Positions 25,195 to 32,000 of a stretch of 32,000 nt of DNA are shown piece after piece. The position numbers and the translations under genes are program-made. How positions within the stretch are numbered: the first letter of the stretch is position 1; each line of letters opens with the position of its first letter. The notes under the pieces were generated by a model that saw nothing but the letters and a program-made list of their open reading frames with translations, was not told the origin of the DNA and ran no database searches. Source of the DNA: Idiomarina loihiensis L2TR (lineage in GTDB: Bacteria > Pseudomonadota > Gammaproteobacteria > Enterobacterales > Alteromonadaceae); assembly GCF_000008465.1 (NCBI RefSeq), contig NC_006512.1:2670001-2702000 (forward strand), given 5' to 3'.

Positions 25195-25221
25195 AGCTTA
25201 CTGAGTGTAGGTTTCACGTGT

Positions 25222-25263
25222 AGCCCCGGGCGTCTCTCTTCCCAGCGTCCGGGGCTTTTTTTT
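25222..25263 (+). terminator. Rho-independent terminator of receptor 23053-25194
   Basis: AGCCCCGG (25222-25229) pairs with CCGGGGCT (25249-25256), with extra pairs inside, followed by eight T (25256-25263). Confidence 0.8.
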
Positions 25264-25272
25264 AGGTGTCAT

Positions 25273-25929
25273 TTATTCGTTGGTATAGTACTGAACGCCT
25301 ATCTCTATGCGGTCACGGCCATTCTTCAGGCGCCAGCGGTTCATGTCTCGTAATGAGTAAACGCAGCCGCAATATTCCTGTTGGTAAAAACGTTCACGCT
25401 TGGAGATTTCTATCATACGCGCAGCGCCACCCTGCTTACGCCAGTTAAAGGTCCAGTAATGCAGACCCGGGTATGGTGCTACCGCACGCTTACCACAGTC
25501 GTTAATCTGGTCCATGTTTTTCCAGCGTGAAATACCTAAGCAACTGGTAATGGTGTCAAAACCGTTTTCGTGGGCATACAACGCTGTACGCTCAAAGCGC
25601 ATATCAAAACATTCAGTGCAACGTTCACCGCGCTCCGGCTCCCACTCCAGGCCTTTAACCCGTTCGAACCAGTTTTTAGAGTCGTAATCGCAGTCAATAA
25701 AGTCCACACCCAGCTTCTCAGCAAAACGAATGTTCTCTTCTTTACGCAGTAGATACTCTTTTTCCGGATGAATATTCGGGTTATAGAAGAAAATGGTAAA
25801 TTTAATGCCAGCTTCCGCCATGCGCTCCATAACCTCGCCTGAACACGGCGCGCAGCACGAATGCAGCAGCACGTGATCGGACCCCGTCGGAGTTTCCAAA
25901 ACAATGGATTCTTTCTTGTTTCTAGCCAT
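25273..25929 (-). CDS. queH: Epoxyqueuosine reductase QueH (DUF208 family)
   Basis: 218 aa. [13 protein letters not shown] and QEYCGCVYS cysteine motifs characteristic of QueH. Confidence 0.8.
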   Translation of the reverse strand: MARNKKESIVLETPTGSDHVLLHSCCAPCSGEVMERMAEAGIKFTIFFYNPNIHPEKEYLLRKEENIRFAEKLGVDFIDCDYDSKNWFERVKGLEWEPERGERCTECFDMRFERTALYAHENGFDTITSCLGISRWKNMDQINDCGKRAVAPYPGLHYWTFNWRKQGGAARMIEISKRERFYQQEYCGCVYSLRDMNRWRLKNGRDRIEIGVQYYTNE

Positions 25930-26024
25930 AACTCTCTCTTCGCGGCTGAAATTTGTGCGAATTATAACTCAAACAGGCGGGGGTGATCACGGTTTTGACA
26001 AGATTAAAATTTAGACTAAAATAG

Positions 26025-26045
26025 GTATATCCATTTTGGATATAC
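26025..26045. promoter_or_regulatory. Inverted repeat, probable VapB operator
   Basis: GTATATCCA-TTT-TGGATATAC: perfect 9-bp arms. It ends 10 nt upstream of the vapB ATG and lies downstream of a consensus TTGACA at 25995-26000. Confidence 0.55.
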
Positions 26046-26055
26046 AGGAAGACCA

Positions 26056-26286
26056 ATGACTAAAACAAGCTTATTTAAAAGTAACAAAACTCAAGCTGTC
26101 CGATTACCCAAAGACGTTGCCTTTTCCGAAGACGTTAAAGAGGTGGAAGTTTTAGTCGTTGGTGAAAGCCGAATTATTACCCCGGCCAAAACAAGCTGGG
26201 CATCCTGGTTTACTGGTGAATCCGCAAGTGATGACTTTATGATTGAACGCGAGCAGCCCGAGGAGCAGGAGCGTGACCCGCTATGA
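26056..26286 (+). CDS. vapB: VapB antitoxin (AbrB/SpoVT-type)
   Basis: 76 aa. SLFKSNKTQAVRLPKDVAF swapped-hairpin motif. Its stop overlaps the vapC ATG (ATGA). Confidence 0.85.
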   Translation: MTKTSLFKSNKTQAVRLPKDVAFSEDVKEVEVLVVGESRIITPAKTSWASWFTGESASDDFMIEREQPEEQERDPL

Positions 26287-26732
26287 ACTTGCGTTATATG
26301 CTCGATACGAATATCTGCATCTATATTATGAAAAATAGGCCAACATATTTAGCCCCTATTTTTGATGAGCACTCGCGCGAGCTCTGCATCAGTTCAGTTA
26401 CAGTAATGGAACTGCAATATGGTGTCGAAAACTCGCAGCAACGTACAACTAATGCCGACAAACTCGACAGCTTTTTGGCTCGTTTAAAAATATTAAATTA
26501 CGATACTGACGCGGCTTATCACACAGCACTTATTCGTCACAAACTGAAACAGGAAGGCACACCAATTGGTTCCTATGATCAGATGATAGCTGGCCATGCC
26601 CGATGCCATGGACTCACGGTTGTTACCAATAACACCAAAGAATTTGAACGAGTTCCCGGACTTATTACCGAAAACTGGCTGCAACAACCACCGCAATCAT
26701 CAATCAATGAGCCAACTCCGGCCTATCGTTGA
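26283..26732 (+). CDS. vapC: VapC PIN-domain toxin (MvpT/enteric VapC-like)
   Basis: 149 aa. MLDTNICIY, SVTVMELQYG, and DQMIAGHARCHGLTVVTNNTKEFERVPGL are colinear with Shigella/Salmonella VapC as I recall it. It carries about 17 extra C-terminal residues. Confidence 0.9.
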   Translation: MNLRYMLDTNICIYIMKNRPTYLAPIFDEHSRELCISSVTVMELQYGVENSQQRTTNADKLDSFLARLKILNYDTDAAYHTALIRHKLKQEGTPIGSYDQMIAGHARCHGLTVVTNNTKEFERVPGLITENWLQQPPQSSINEPTPAYR

Positions 26733-26746
26733 CTTAAGCAGGACGA

Positions 26747-27454
26747 CTAACCCAGCAACTGCTTACTCAGCATGCCAATAATAAAGCCCAATACAGCTCC
26801 GAGTGAAGGCGTCCAGTGACGTCGCATTTTTGCTTGCGGGGCAATATCCTGAAATACTAAGTAAAGGATACCGCCGGCGGCGAAACTCATTATCATAGCC
26901 GTAATTGCCGGGGTGTCGCTCAACCATAAATAGCCCGAAATTGCTGCAAGAGGGCCGAAAAATGAGGCTGCAAACAGCCCGCCCAGTGCCATTTTTTTGG
27001 TGAGCCCTGCCGCCTTCAGTTCACGGTAGGCATTAAAGCCCTCGGGAAAGTTTTGGGCGCCAATAAACACGGCGAGTAAAATCCCAGTCTGCGGACTGAC
27101 CGCAAAAACGGCCCCCAATGACAAAGCCTCGGGAACAAAGTCCATTAGCATGGCAAGAAATTGAGAGGCATTTCCGCCCTGTTTAGCCAACCACGCATCA
27201 ATACAGCAAAAGACTATACCACCGCCCGCAAACAACAGGGTCAGCGACCAGGCATTCAGTTCTTTCATTCCCTCCGGAACCAGAGCAAAGGCGACCGCGG
27301 ACACTAAAATGCCCCCACCAAAGGCGGTAATGCCATGAATAAACTCACGTTTCGTGGTAGTTCTTGGCGTGCCTTCGTAACGGGCAAATACACCACCTAA
27401 AAAGGCAGAAAGCCCCGCTCCCCAGGCCAGTAACAGCATCATGTAAACATTCAT
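26747..27454 (-). CDS. ZIP-family divalent metal transporter
   Basis: 235 aa, polytopic. GAQNFPEGF motif (ZIP TM5-type xNxPEG). Its ATG lies 2 nt after the dGTPase stop. Confidence 0.75.
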   Translation of the reverse strand: MNVYMMLLLAWGAGLSAFLGGVFARYEGTPRTTTKREFIHGITAFGGGILVSAVAFALVPEGMKELNAWSLTLLFAGGGIVFCCIDAWLAKQGGNASQFLAMLMDFVPEALSLGAVFAVSPQTGILLAVFIGAQNFPEGFNAYRELKAAGLTKKMALGGLFAASFFGPLAAISGYLWLSDTPAITAMIMSFAAGGILYLVFQDIAPQAKMRRHWTPSLGAVLGFIIGMLSKQLLG

Positions 27455-27456
27455 AA

Positions 27457-28737
27457 CTAAACCTTATCAAATACAGAGCCGGTGTCTGGGCTGAACAGTT
27501 TACTGTAAAGCTTGGTCGCGTAGTTGTCCGTCATGCCCGAAATATAGTCGCAAATAACGCGCTTGGGGTTTTCTGCGTTTTTATACTTTTGCAAAGTAGA
27601 GCCAGGCAGCAGTTGCTCAGGGTTTTCGCTCAGTACCTGAAACAGCTTCAAGATCATCATCTGGCCTTTGTACTCCAAAACCTGCACCGAAGAGCTCCGA
27701 ATAACATGCTTAAACACAAAGTCCTTCAACACTTGCAGAGTATGTTCAATATGCTCCGGAAGGCTCGCCTGCAGATCCAGCCAGGGAGATTCAAACAGGT
27801 TCTGTTCTGCAACTTCGATGGCATCGACAAAATGCCCGACAAGCTTACTAATTGCGTGCTTACGCGCACGGCTTTGGCCTGAAAAAAGCGCCTCGGTATA
27901 AAACCGCTCTTCCAGCATAATAACGCTGTTGTCGTCCAAAACAGCGAGTACGTCTTCGCGCCACTGCTTTTCAGTTACCAGGTTCAGTGCCAGCGAGTCT
28001 TCCAAATCGTGCACGCCGTACGATATGTCGTCGGCCAGCTCCATAATGGAGGTATCAAAAGCTTTGTACTGTGCTTTGGTTTTACCCTCTTTCATTTTAG
28101 TGGAGCGAAAGGTCGCTTTGTCGTTGGGAATCAGCGGTTCCAGTATCCAATCCAGCACATCCTGTTCGTCGTCATGAATGGATTTAGGCGGTTTAAAAGC
28201 ACTTAAGTGGTCTTCGGCAGATAGTGAGCAAGTACTAACTTCGCTATGCAAAACCGGATATTTAAGCACACCGAGTAAAGTGCGTCGGGTTAAATCCAAA
28301 CCATCGTGGTCGGAATACTCACCCAGCTTTGAAATAATACGCAGCGTCTGACCGTTACCTTCAAAACCACCGTTGCTGTGCATGTGGTAGTTCAGTGCCA
28401 CTTCGCCACCATGCCCGAACGGAGGGTGACCAATATCATGCGCCAGACAAATAGCTTCAATTTGAAAGTAAGACGGAATATGCGTCGAAATAGCATCGTT
28501 CTCTGCATACTTTTGCTTTAACTTCTCACAAATGCCCGAACCAATCTGTGCCACTTCCATAGAGTGGGTTAAGCGCGTACGGTAAAAGTCACTCTCGCCC
28601 ACACCCAACACCTGAGTTTTTGCCTGCAAGCGGCGAAACGCCGACGAATGAATAATACGCGCCCTGTCACGCTGGGCATCGCTGTCCGGCGTAGCGGCAT
28701 TAAAGGTCGTGGTTTTTCCTGAGCGGCGTTTAAGCAT
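27457..28737 (-). CDS. dGTPase-family HD-domain triphosphohydrolase (Dgt-like)
   Basis: 426 aa. RDRARIIHSSAFRRLQAKTQV, RLTHSMEVAQIG, and HDIGHPPFGHGGE (HD motif), with MTDNYA near the C-terminus. Confidence 0.85.
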   Translation of the reverse strand: MLKRRSGKTTTFNAATPDSDAQRDRARIIHSSAFRRLQAKTQVLGVGESDFYRTRLTHSMEVAQIGSGICEKLKQKYAENDAISTHIPSYFQIEAICLAHDIGHPPFGHGGEVALNYHMHSNGGFEGNGQTLRIISKLGEYSDHDGLDLTRRTLLGVLKYPVLHSEVSTCSLSAEDHLSAFKPPKSIHDDEQDVLDWILEPLIPNDKATFRSTKMKEGKTKAQYKAFDTSIMELADDISYGVHDLEDSLALNLVTEKQWREDVLAVLDDNSVIMLEERFYTEALFSGQSRARKHAISKLVGHFVDAIEVAEQNLFESPWLDLQASLPEHIEHTLQVLKDFVFKHVIRSSSVQVLEYKGQMMILKLFQVLSENPEQLLPGSTLQKYKNAENPKRVICDYISGMTDNYATKLYSKLFSPDTGSVFDKV

Positions 28738-28889
28738 AGCAAAATGTCTTCGTTTGTTTTTTCAGTTACTCACAGCAAAACAAATTTTTGCGGGTTTGCC
28801 CAGTTTTAATACCGCCAATGTAAGACATTTATATCAATGCCCTACCAATTGATAGTTTAAGAACTCAAATTTAGTATAAATACACCAAC

Positions 28890-28918
28890 TTGACGCACAA
28901 CACTGTTGTGCATAGAAT
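28890..28918 (+). promoter_or_regulatory. higBA promoter with an embedded palindromic operator
   Basis: TTGACG (28890-28895), 17-nt spacer, TAGAAT (28913-28918). The spacer contains GCACAACA-C-TGTTGTGC (28895-28911), with perfect 8-bp arms. Confidence 0.6.
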
Positions 28919-28941
28919 AAATGCAAAGTGATCAGTAAACC

Positions 28942-29235
28942 ATGGCCGTTACATTCAGGGACGATTGGCTAGAACGATTCTACGAAGATGATATCAGCCA
29001 CAAGAAAATACCGAAGATCATCAAAGGAGCGCTCTTCAGGAAGCTCGAAATTTTGGATGCTGCAACGCAGGAGTCAGATTTAAGGGTTCCCCCAGGTAAT
29101 CGCTTCGAATATTTAAAAGGAAAACTTTCGGGGTATTGTTCTATCCGGGTTAACAAACAGTATCGACTTATTTTCCACTGGGAAGACGGTATCGCCCAAG
29201 ATACATACCTGGATCCACACGTTTACCAAAGTTAA
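28942..29235 (+). CDS. higB: HigB toxin (plasmid-maintenance killer protein / RelE-superfamily)
   Basis: 97 aa. LRVPPGNRFEYLKGKLSGYCSIRVNKQYRLIF resembles Proteus-type HigB. The toxin-first gene order is typical of higBA. Confidence 0.8.
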   Translation: MAVTFRDDWLERFYEDDISHKKIPKIIKGALFRKLEILDAATQESDLRVPPGNRFEYLKGKLSGYCSIRVNKQYRLIFHWEDGIAQDTYLDPHVYQS

Positions 29236-29246
29236 AAAGGATAATT

Positions 29247-29570
29247 ATGAGAGATACAAAACGTCGCCCGGTATCCGTTGGCCAGATGCTAATAACCGAG
29301 TTTCTTGAACCGATGAACATTGAAATAAAAGAGCTCGCTGATGCTATGAGAGTACACAGAAACACGCTCAGCCGAATTGTTCATGACAAAGGAGCCTTGA
29401 CCGCACCTATGGCTATTAAATTAGCTGCCGCTTTGGGTAACACCCCGGAGTTCTGGTTGAACATTCAGCACGCCGTCGAAATCTGGGACGTACGCCACCG
29501 GGCATACGAACAAGAAGCTGAAAACGTAAAGCGCTTGAAACCTCACGCTAAGCCTTATCAGCAGGCTTGA
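29247..29570 (+). CDS. higA: HigA antitoxin (XRE-type HTH)
   Basis: 107 aa. GQMLITEFLEPMNIEIKELADAMRVHRNTLSRIVHDKGALTAPMAIKLAAALGNTPEFWLNIQ is the HigA/VapI signature. Confidence 0.85.
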   Translation: MRDTKRRPVSVGQMLITEFLEPMNIEIKELADAMRVHRNTLSRIVHDKGALTAPMAIKLAAALGNTPEFWLNIQHAVEIWDVRHRAYEQEAENVKRLKPHAKPYQQA

Positions 29571-29591
29571 GGGATCGGCGGCTTTAAAACC

Positions 29592-30080
29592 TCAATAAAC
29601 CCGCTGCTTCTGTTGTTCGTAATTAAGTGTCATAGCGGCTTTCGCTAGTTCAATTTTACATTCTGGAATATCGCGTAGCTTTTCCTGACGGAAATATTCA
29701 AGCAGGTGGCATAAATGCCAAAGTGACGGGTTGCCCTCATGCACCGGTAGAGGAAACGTTTCCAATTCCTGATCCCGTACTTTTCTCAGATATTGCCGGC
29801 TCATATTGAGTTGCTCGCCAGCGTCTGACAAGCCAACCAAATCCGGACCTATTTCAACCAGCTTAGCCTGAGGGATTACTTTTCGAATATCAGATAACGC
29901 AGAGCGAATTGCCTCTGTTGCATTACTTGATTCACGTACAAAATTTAACGCCAATCGACCCGCAACTCCCACGCCAATAATTGCATCATCACATCCGCCG
30001 GCAAAAATCTGGCTGCTAAGATCATCGGTTTTCAAGTCTTTAGGGATGACAAACTTCAACGTAAAGTCATATTCATTCAT
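29592..30080 (-). CDS. Uncharacterised DNA-binding protein: alpha/beta N-domain plus a C-terminal MerR/excisionase-type HTH
   Basis: Track ORF trimmed to Met4 (MNEYDFTLKF), because the AAGGAG RBS abuts Met1 but lies 9 nt from Met4. LVGLSDAGEQLNMSRQYLRKV ... FPLPVHEGNPSLWHLCHLLEYF looks like an HTH_17-type motif. It resembles a recurrent gammaproteobacterial family of about 150 aa that I recall being annotated only as DNA-binding protein. Confidence 0.6.
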   Translation of the reverse strand: MNEYDFTLKFVIPKDLKTDDLSSQIFAGGCDDAIIGVGVAGRLALNFVRESSNATEAIRSALSDIRKVIPQAKLVEIGPDLVGLSDAGEQLNMSRQYLRKVRDQELETFPLPVHEGNPSLWHLCHLLEYFRQEKLRDIPECKIELAKAAMTLNYEQQKQRVY

Positions 30081-30131
30081 TGTCGTCATCTCCTTTAATC
30101 ATCTCAGTAACAGAAGAATAGAGCTCAACCC

Positions 30132-30155
30132 TATGGTTGTCAATTGACAACCATA
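30132..30155. promoter_or_regulatory. Perfect 24-bp palindrome, probable operator between the divergent genes
   Basis: TATGGTTGTCAA|TTGACAACCATA. It starts 52 nt upstream of ATG 30078-30080 and ends 117 nt upstream of ATG 30272. It contains TTGACA on both strands. Confidence 0.6.
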
Positions 30156-30271
30156 AGTTTAATGGCACACCTCTTGCTGTTTCTTATCCAAAAGCACCGT
30201 TAACGCATAAATAATGCGCTAAACAGGCAAGCTTTTGCCACCCGGCAGGCAACTTTTGGTATGGAGGAATC

Positions 30272-30940
30272 ATGAACATTAACTCATTAATCAACAGCGT
30301 AAGCCAGTCAACACCTGCAATGACTAAGAGTGAAACGAATCAAGAACCACTTGATAACAAGGCTGAACAGAAAAAAACACAAGAAGAGAAAGAGACATTA
30401 ATAGACAAAGCTTATCGCAGCATGCTGCTGAACCGCATGGGTGTTGATACCGAAAAGCTCGAAGAAATTGAGCAGAAAATAGAAGAGCTGGAAAGTAAAG
30501 AAAACCTGAACAAAGAAGAAAAGGACAAACTTGAAAGCTTAATGTCAGCCCGAGACCAGCTTTTTGAAGATGCTATGCGCCGCCAGGCTGAAGGCGGCAA
30601 TGACGGTAAACAACCCGTTAGTCCTGGCGATATTCAAAAAATTATAACCGAGGACTTTAACCCACGGGACATATCACCTAACGACATGAGTAAGCTTGCA
30701 AATCAGTTGTTTGAGGCCGGTGCAATTAGCTCGCAGCAACGCAATCGCATAGATTTTCACACGGCTAAAACCGATCAGCAAAACACCTTAATGTCAGAAC
30801 CAGAGCAAATTGACCCGGATGAACCCATGAACTTTGTGAAGCATTGGCAGGATCGCGTCAAAGCCAACGAACACTTCGACGCGTCACCACAGGAAAAGGC
30901 GTTAGCCCAGGGTGTATTGGACGTTTTGCGGCAAGTCTAA
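30272..30940 (+). CDS. Hypothetical acidic, Glu/Lys-rich protein with a predicted coiled-coil
   Basis: 222 aa. GGAGG RBS. No signal peptide or TM segment. Contains EKLEEIEQKIEELESKENLNKEEKDKLESL. I recognised no family. Confidence 0.55.
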   Translation: MNINSLINSVSQSTPAMTKSETNQEPLDNKAEQKKTQEEKETLIDKAYRSMLLNRMGVDTEKLEEIEQKIEELESKENLNKEEKDKLESLMSARDQLFEDAMRRQAEGGNDGKQPVSPGDIQKIITEDFNPRDISPNDMSKLANQLFEAGAISSQQRNRIDFHTAKTDQQNTLMSEPEQIDPDEPMNFVKHWQDRVKANEHFDASPQEKALAQGVLDVLRQV

Positions 30941-31335
30941 TACCGATTACGGAATTTTTCTGCCATTATTCCTAGGGGTAGCATAACCGCACTGCTCCAT
31001 GCTTTGTTGTGAGCAGGAGGATCAAGAATTATCATAAGCAAATAGCAGTTGGGCGTCATAGCTGCCGGACAATAGACTAAGTGCGTATCACTTTTCTTAG
31101 CAAACTGAATGCAATGCAAAGGCCAAGGCTCATCGGGATCTTGTAGATGCAAATGCATTACTTCATTGTCACGAAGAACCGGGAAGGTATCTGGATGATC
31201 ATAGCGTTCATCGCGCCCGAACAGGTCAGGCACGCCCTCGCCACTTTTATAGCGCTTAAAGTCTTTTACTAATGCATCCAGTTCAATATCAGTTAATTGC
31301 TGACGAATCTGTTTGCTCTTAAAAACCCGAATCAC
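30937..31335 (-). CDS. yafO: YafO-family ribosome-dependent mRNA interferase toxin
   Basis: 132 aa, colinear with E. coli YafO as I recall it (VFKSKQIRQQLTDIELDALVKDFKRYK ... HLVYC ... MAEKFRNRY). GTG start (31333-31335) overlaps the yafN stop (GTGA). Confidence 0.85.
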   Translation of the reverse strand: MIRVFKSKQIRQQLTDIELDALVKDFKRYKSGEGVPDLFGRDERYDHPDTFPVLRDNEVMHLHLQDPDEPWPLHCIQFAKKSDTHLVYCPAAMTPNCYLLMIILDPPAHNKAWSSAVMLPLGIMAEKFRNRY

Positions 31336-31625
31336 TCTTCAAAGTCATCCAGATCAGACTTTTTCGCTTCAGCTAAAAGCTTCTCTGCTTCGGCACTAAT
31401 AGCCTTTAGCCGCGCTGTCGTCGGCCTAAAAAGGGACTCTACTTTAGGGTTACAGGCTTCCAACTGGCGTACCATAGCTTCAAATAACTCAGCACCTACC
31501 ATGTAACCAGCGGTTTTATTGTGGGAAAGTACCGCCACAGGCTCAGCTTCAAAATACTGGCAGGGGTGTTTGCGCACGTCACTGGCAGATACCGTTTTTT
31601 CAGCCAATATAGTTTGTGTGTTCAT
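31332..31625 (-). CDS. yafN: YafN antitoxin (Phd/YefM family)
   Basis: 97 aa. ILAEKTVSASDVRKHPCQYFEAEPVAVLSHNKTAGYMVGAELFEAM and the acidic C-terminus DLDDFEE match E. coli YafN as I recall it. Confidence 0.85.
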   Translation of the reverse strand: MNTQTILAEKTVSASDVRKHPCQYFEAEPVAVLSHNKTAGYMVGAELFEAMVRQLEACNPKVESLFRPTTARLKAISAEAEKLLAEAKKSDLDDFEE

Positions 31626-31718
31626 ACTCTACCTCACCACTTTTACATCTATTGACTAAATTATAGCCATAAAACATACGCAATTACAAACAAAATAATA
31701 TACATAAATATGTACAAT

Positions 31719-31994
31719 TTAATTTTCTGTCTGTTTTTTCAAATCACTATTCTGCACTTCAATTTCACTGATGTACTTTGACTGATGCTCGCGTGCGAAC
31801 TGCACAGCTTTATTCGAGGCCTTTAGCGCACTCTCGTTGTTGTCATTCATTGCATAAACCGTTGCCAGGCTGTCCCATAAAACTTCGGACTTGTCGAATA
31901 CCTCAACGCCTTTCTCCAGAATAGTCTGCCCCCAGTCAACTTGGCCTTCATAGGCAGCCTTTAAGCCATACACGTTGTATTGCTGCACCGACAT
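31719..31994 (-). CDS. Hypothetical protein, possibly TPR-like; the 5' end may extend beyond the window
   Basis: 91-aa ORF. No stop lies between Met1 and the window edge, and no RBS is visible in the remaining 6 nt. The helical-repeat-like sequence is only weak evidence. Confidence 0.35.
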   Translation of the reverse strand: MSVQQYNVYGLKAAYEGQVDWGQTILEKGVEVFDKSEVLWDSLATVYAMNDNNESALKASNKAVQFAREHQSKYISEIEVQNSDLKKQTEN

Positions 31995-32000
31995 AGGAAA

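Noticed and set aside
28744-28809. A 21-codon ORF (MSSFVFSVTHSKTNFCGFAQF) between the dGTPase gene and higB, considered as a type I toxin-like peptide.
   Set aside because: It has no RBS and lies within the likely dGTPase promoter region. It is too short and featureless to support.
30226-30252. Mutually exclusive hairpins GGCAA-GCTT-TTGCC and TTGCC-ACCCGGCA-GGCAA, followed by CTTTT, in the leader of ORF 30272. This resembles an attenuator.
   Set aside because: The stems are only 5 bp, there is no leader peptide, and the U-tract is short. Chance occurrence is likely.
31701-31714. Palindrome TACATA-AA-TATGTA upstream of yafN, considered as a YafN operator.
   Set aside because: The arms are only 6 bp in a very AT-rich spacer, and the site lies upstream of the predicted -35. 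It cannot be distinguished from chance.
28738-31718. Possibility that the TA genes are integron cassettes (superintegron-like).
   Set aside because: Gene orientations alternate (+,+,-,+,-,-). There are no recurring attC-like imperfect inverted repeats between the genes, and no intI gene in the window.
1-32000. Search for CRISPR arrays, tRNA/rRNA genes, IS elements, integrases and long repeats.
   Set aside because: No intergenic gap exceeds about 210 nt, and every gap is explained by promoters, operators or terminators. I saw no spaced direct-repeat array and no transposase- or integrase-like ORF. This was visual inspection only, with no tRNAscan or Infernal run.

Overview
The window looks like a chromosomal segment of a marine gammaproteobacterium. 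An Alteromonadales-like origin is a guess from protein similarity and cannot be verified here. Coding density is high, and I found no rRNA, tRNA, CRISPR array, transposase or integrase.

Two themes stand out.

(1) Iron acquisition and extracytoplasmic redox, about 1-11.2 kb and 19-25.2 kb:
- Three TonB-dependent receptors, one truncated at the left edge.
- Four PepSY-type membrane proteins: one full-length, two tandem half-size paralogues, and one half-size module fused to a DUF2271 domain.
- A DUF4198 periplasmic protein, ferredoxin-NADP reductase (fpr), and several Fur-box-like promoter elements.

(2) A toxin-antitoxin-rich stretch, 25.9-31.7 kb:
- VapBC, HigBA and YafNO lie around a dGTPase-family gene and a ZIP transporter.
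- An orphan HTH protein with a perfect 24-bp palindrome faces an uncharacterised acidic coiled-coil protein.
- A fourth TA-like pair (DUF4160/DUF2442) sits at 15.2-15.7 kb.

The remaining genes look like ordinary housekeeping or accessory genes: a LysR regulator, an SDR-like protein, Csp, a PAS-GAF-GGDEF cyclase, DUF1415, an ICMT-like methyltransferase, a UDG-family protein, a patatin, a Vgb-like propeller, an SLC13 permease, a FemAB-like protein, RlmA, an S46 peptidase and QueH.

The most interesting candidates are:
- the Fur-linked PepSY-TM::DUF2271 (DGVSGAT flavinylation motif) plus DUF4198 module divergent from fpr;
- the His-rich membrane-anchored protein translationally coupled to the PepSY gene;
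- the divergent HTH/palindrome/coiled-coil pair between HigBA and YafNO.

None of these can be called a new system from sequence alone. All family assignments come from motif recognition by eye, not from database searches.
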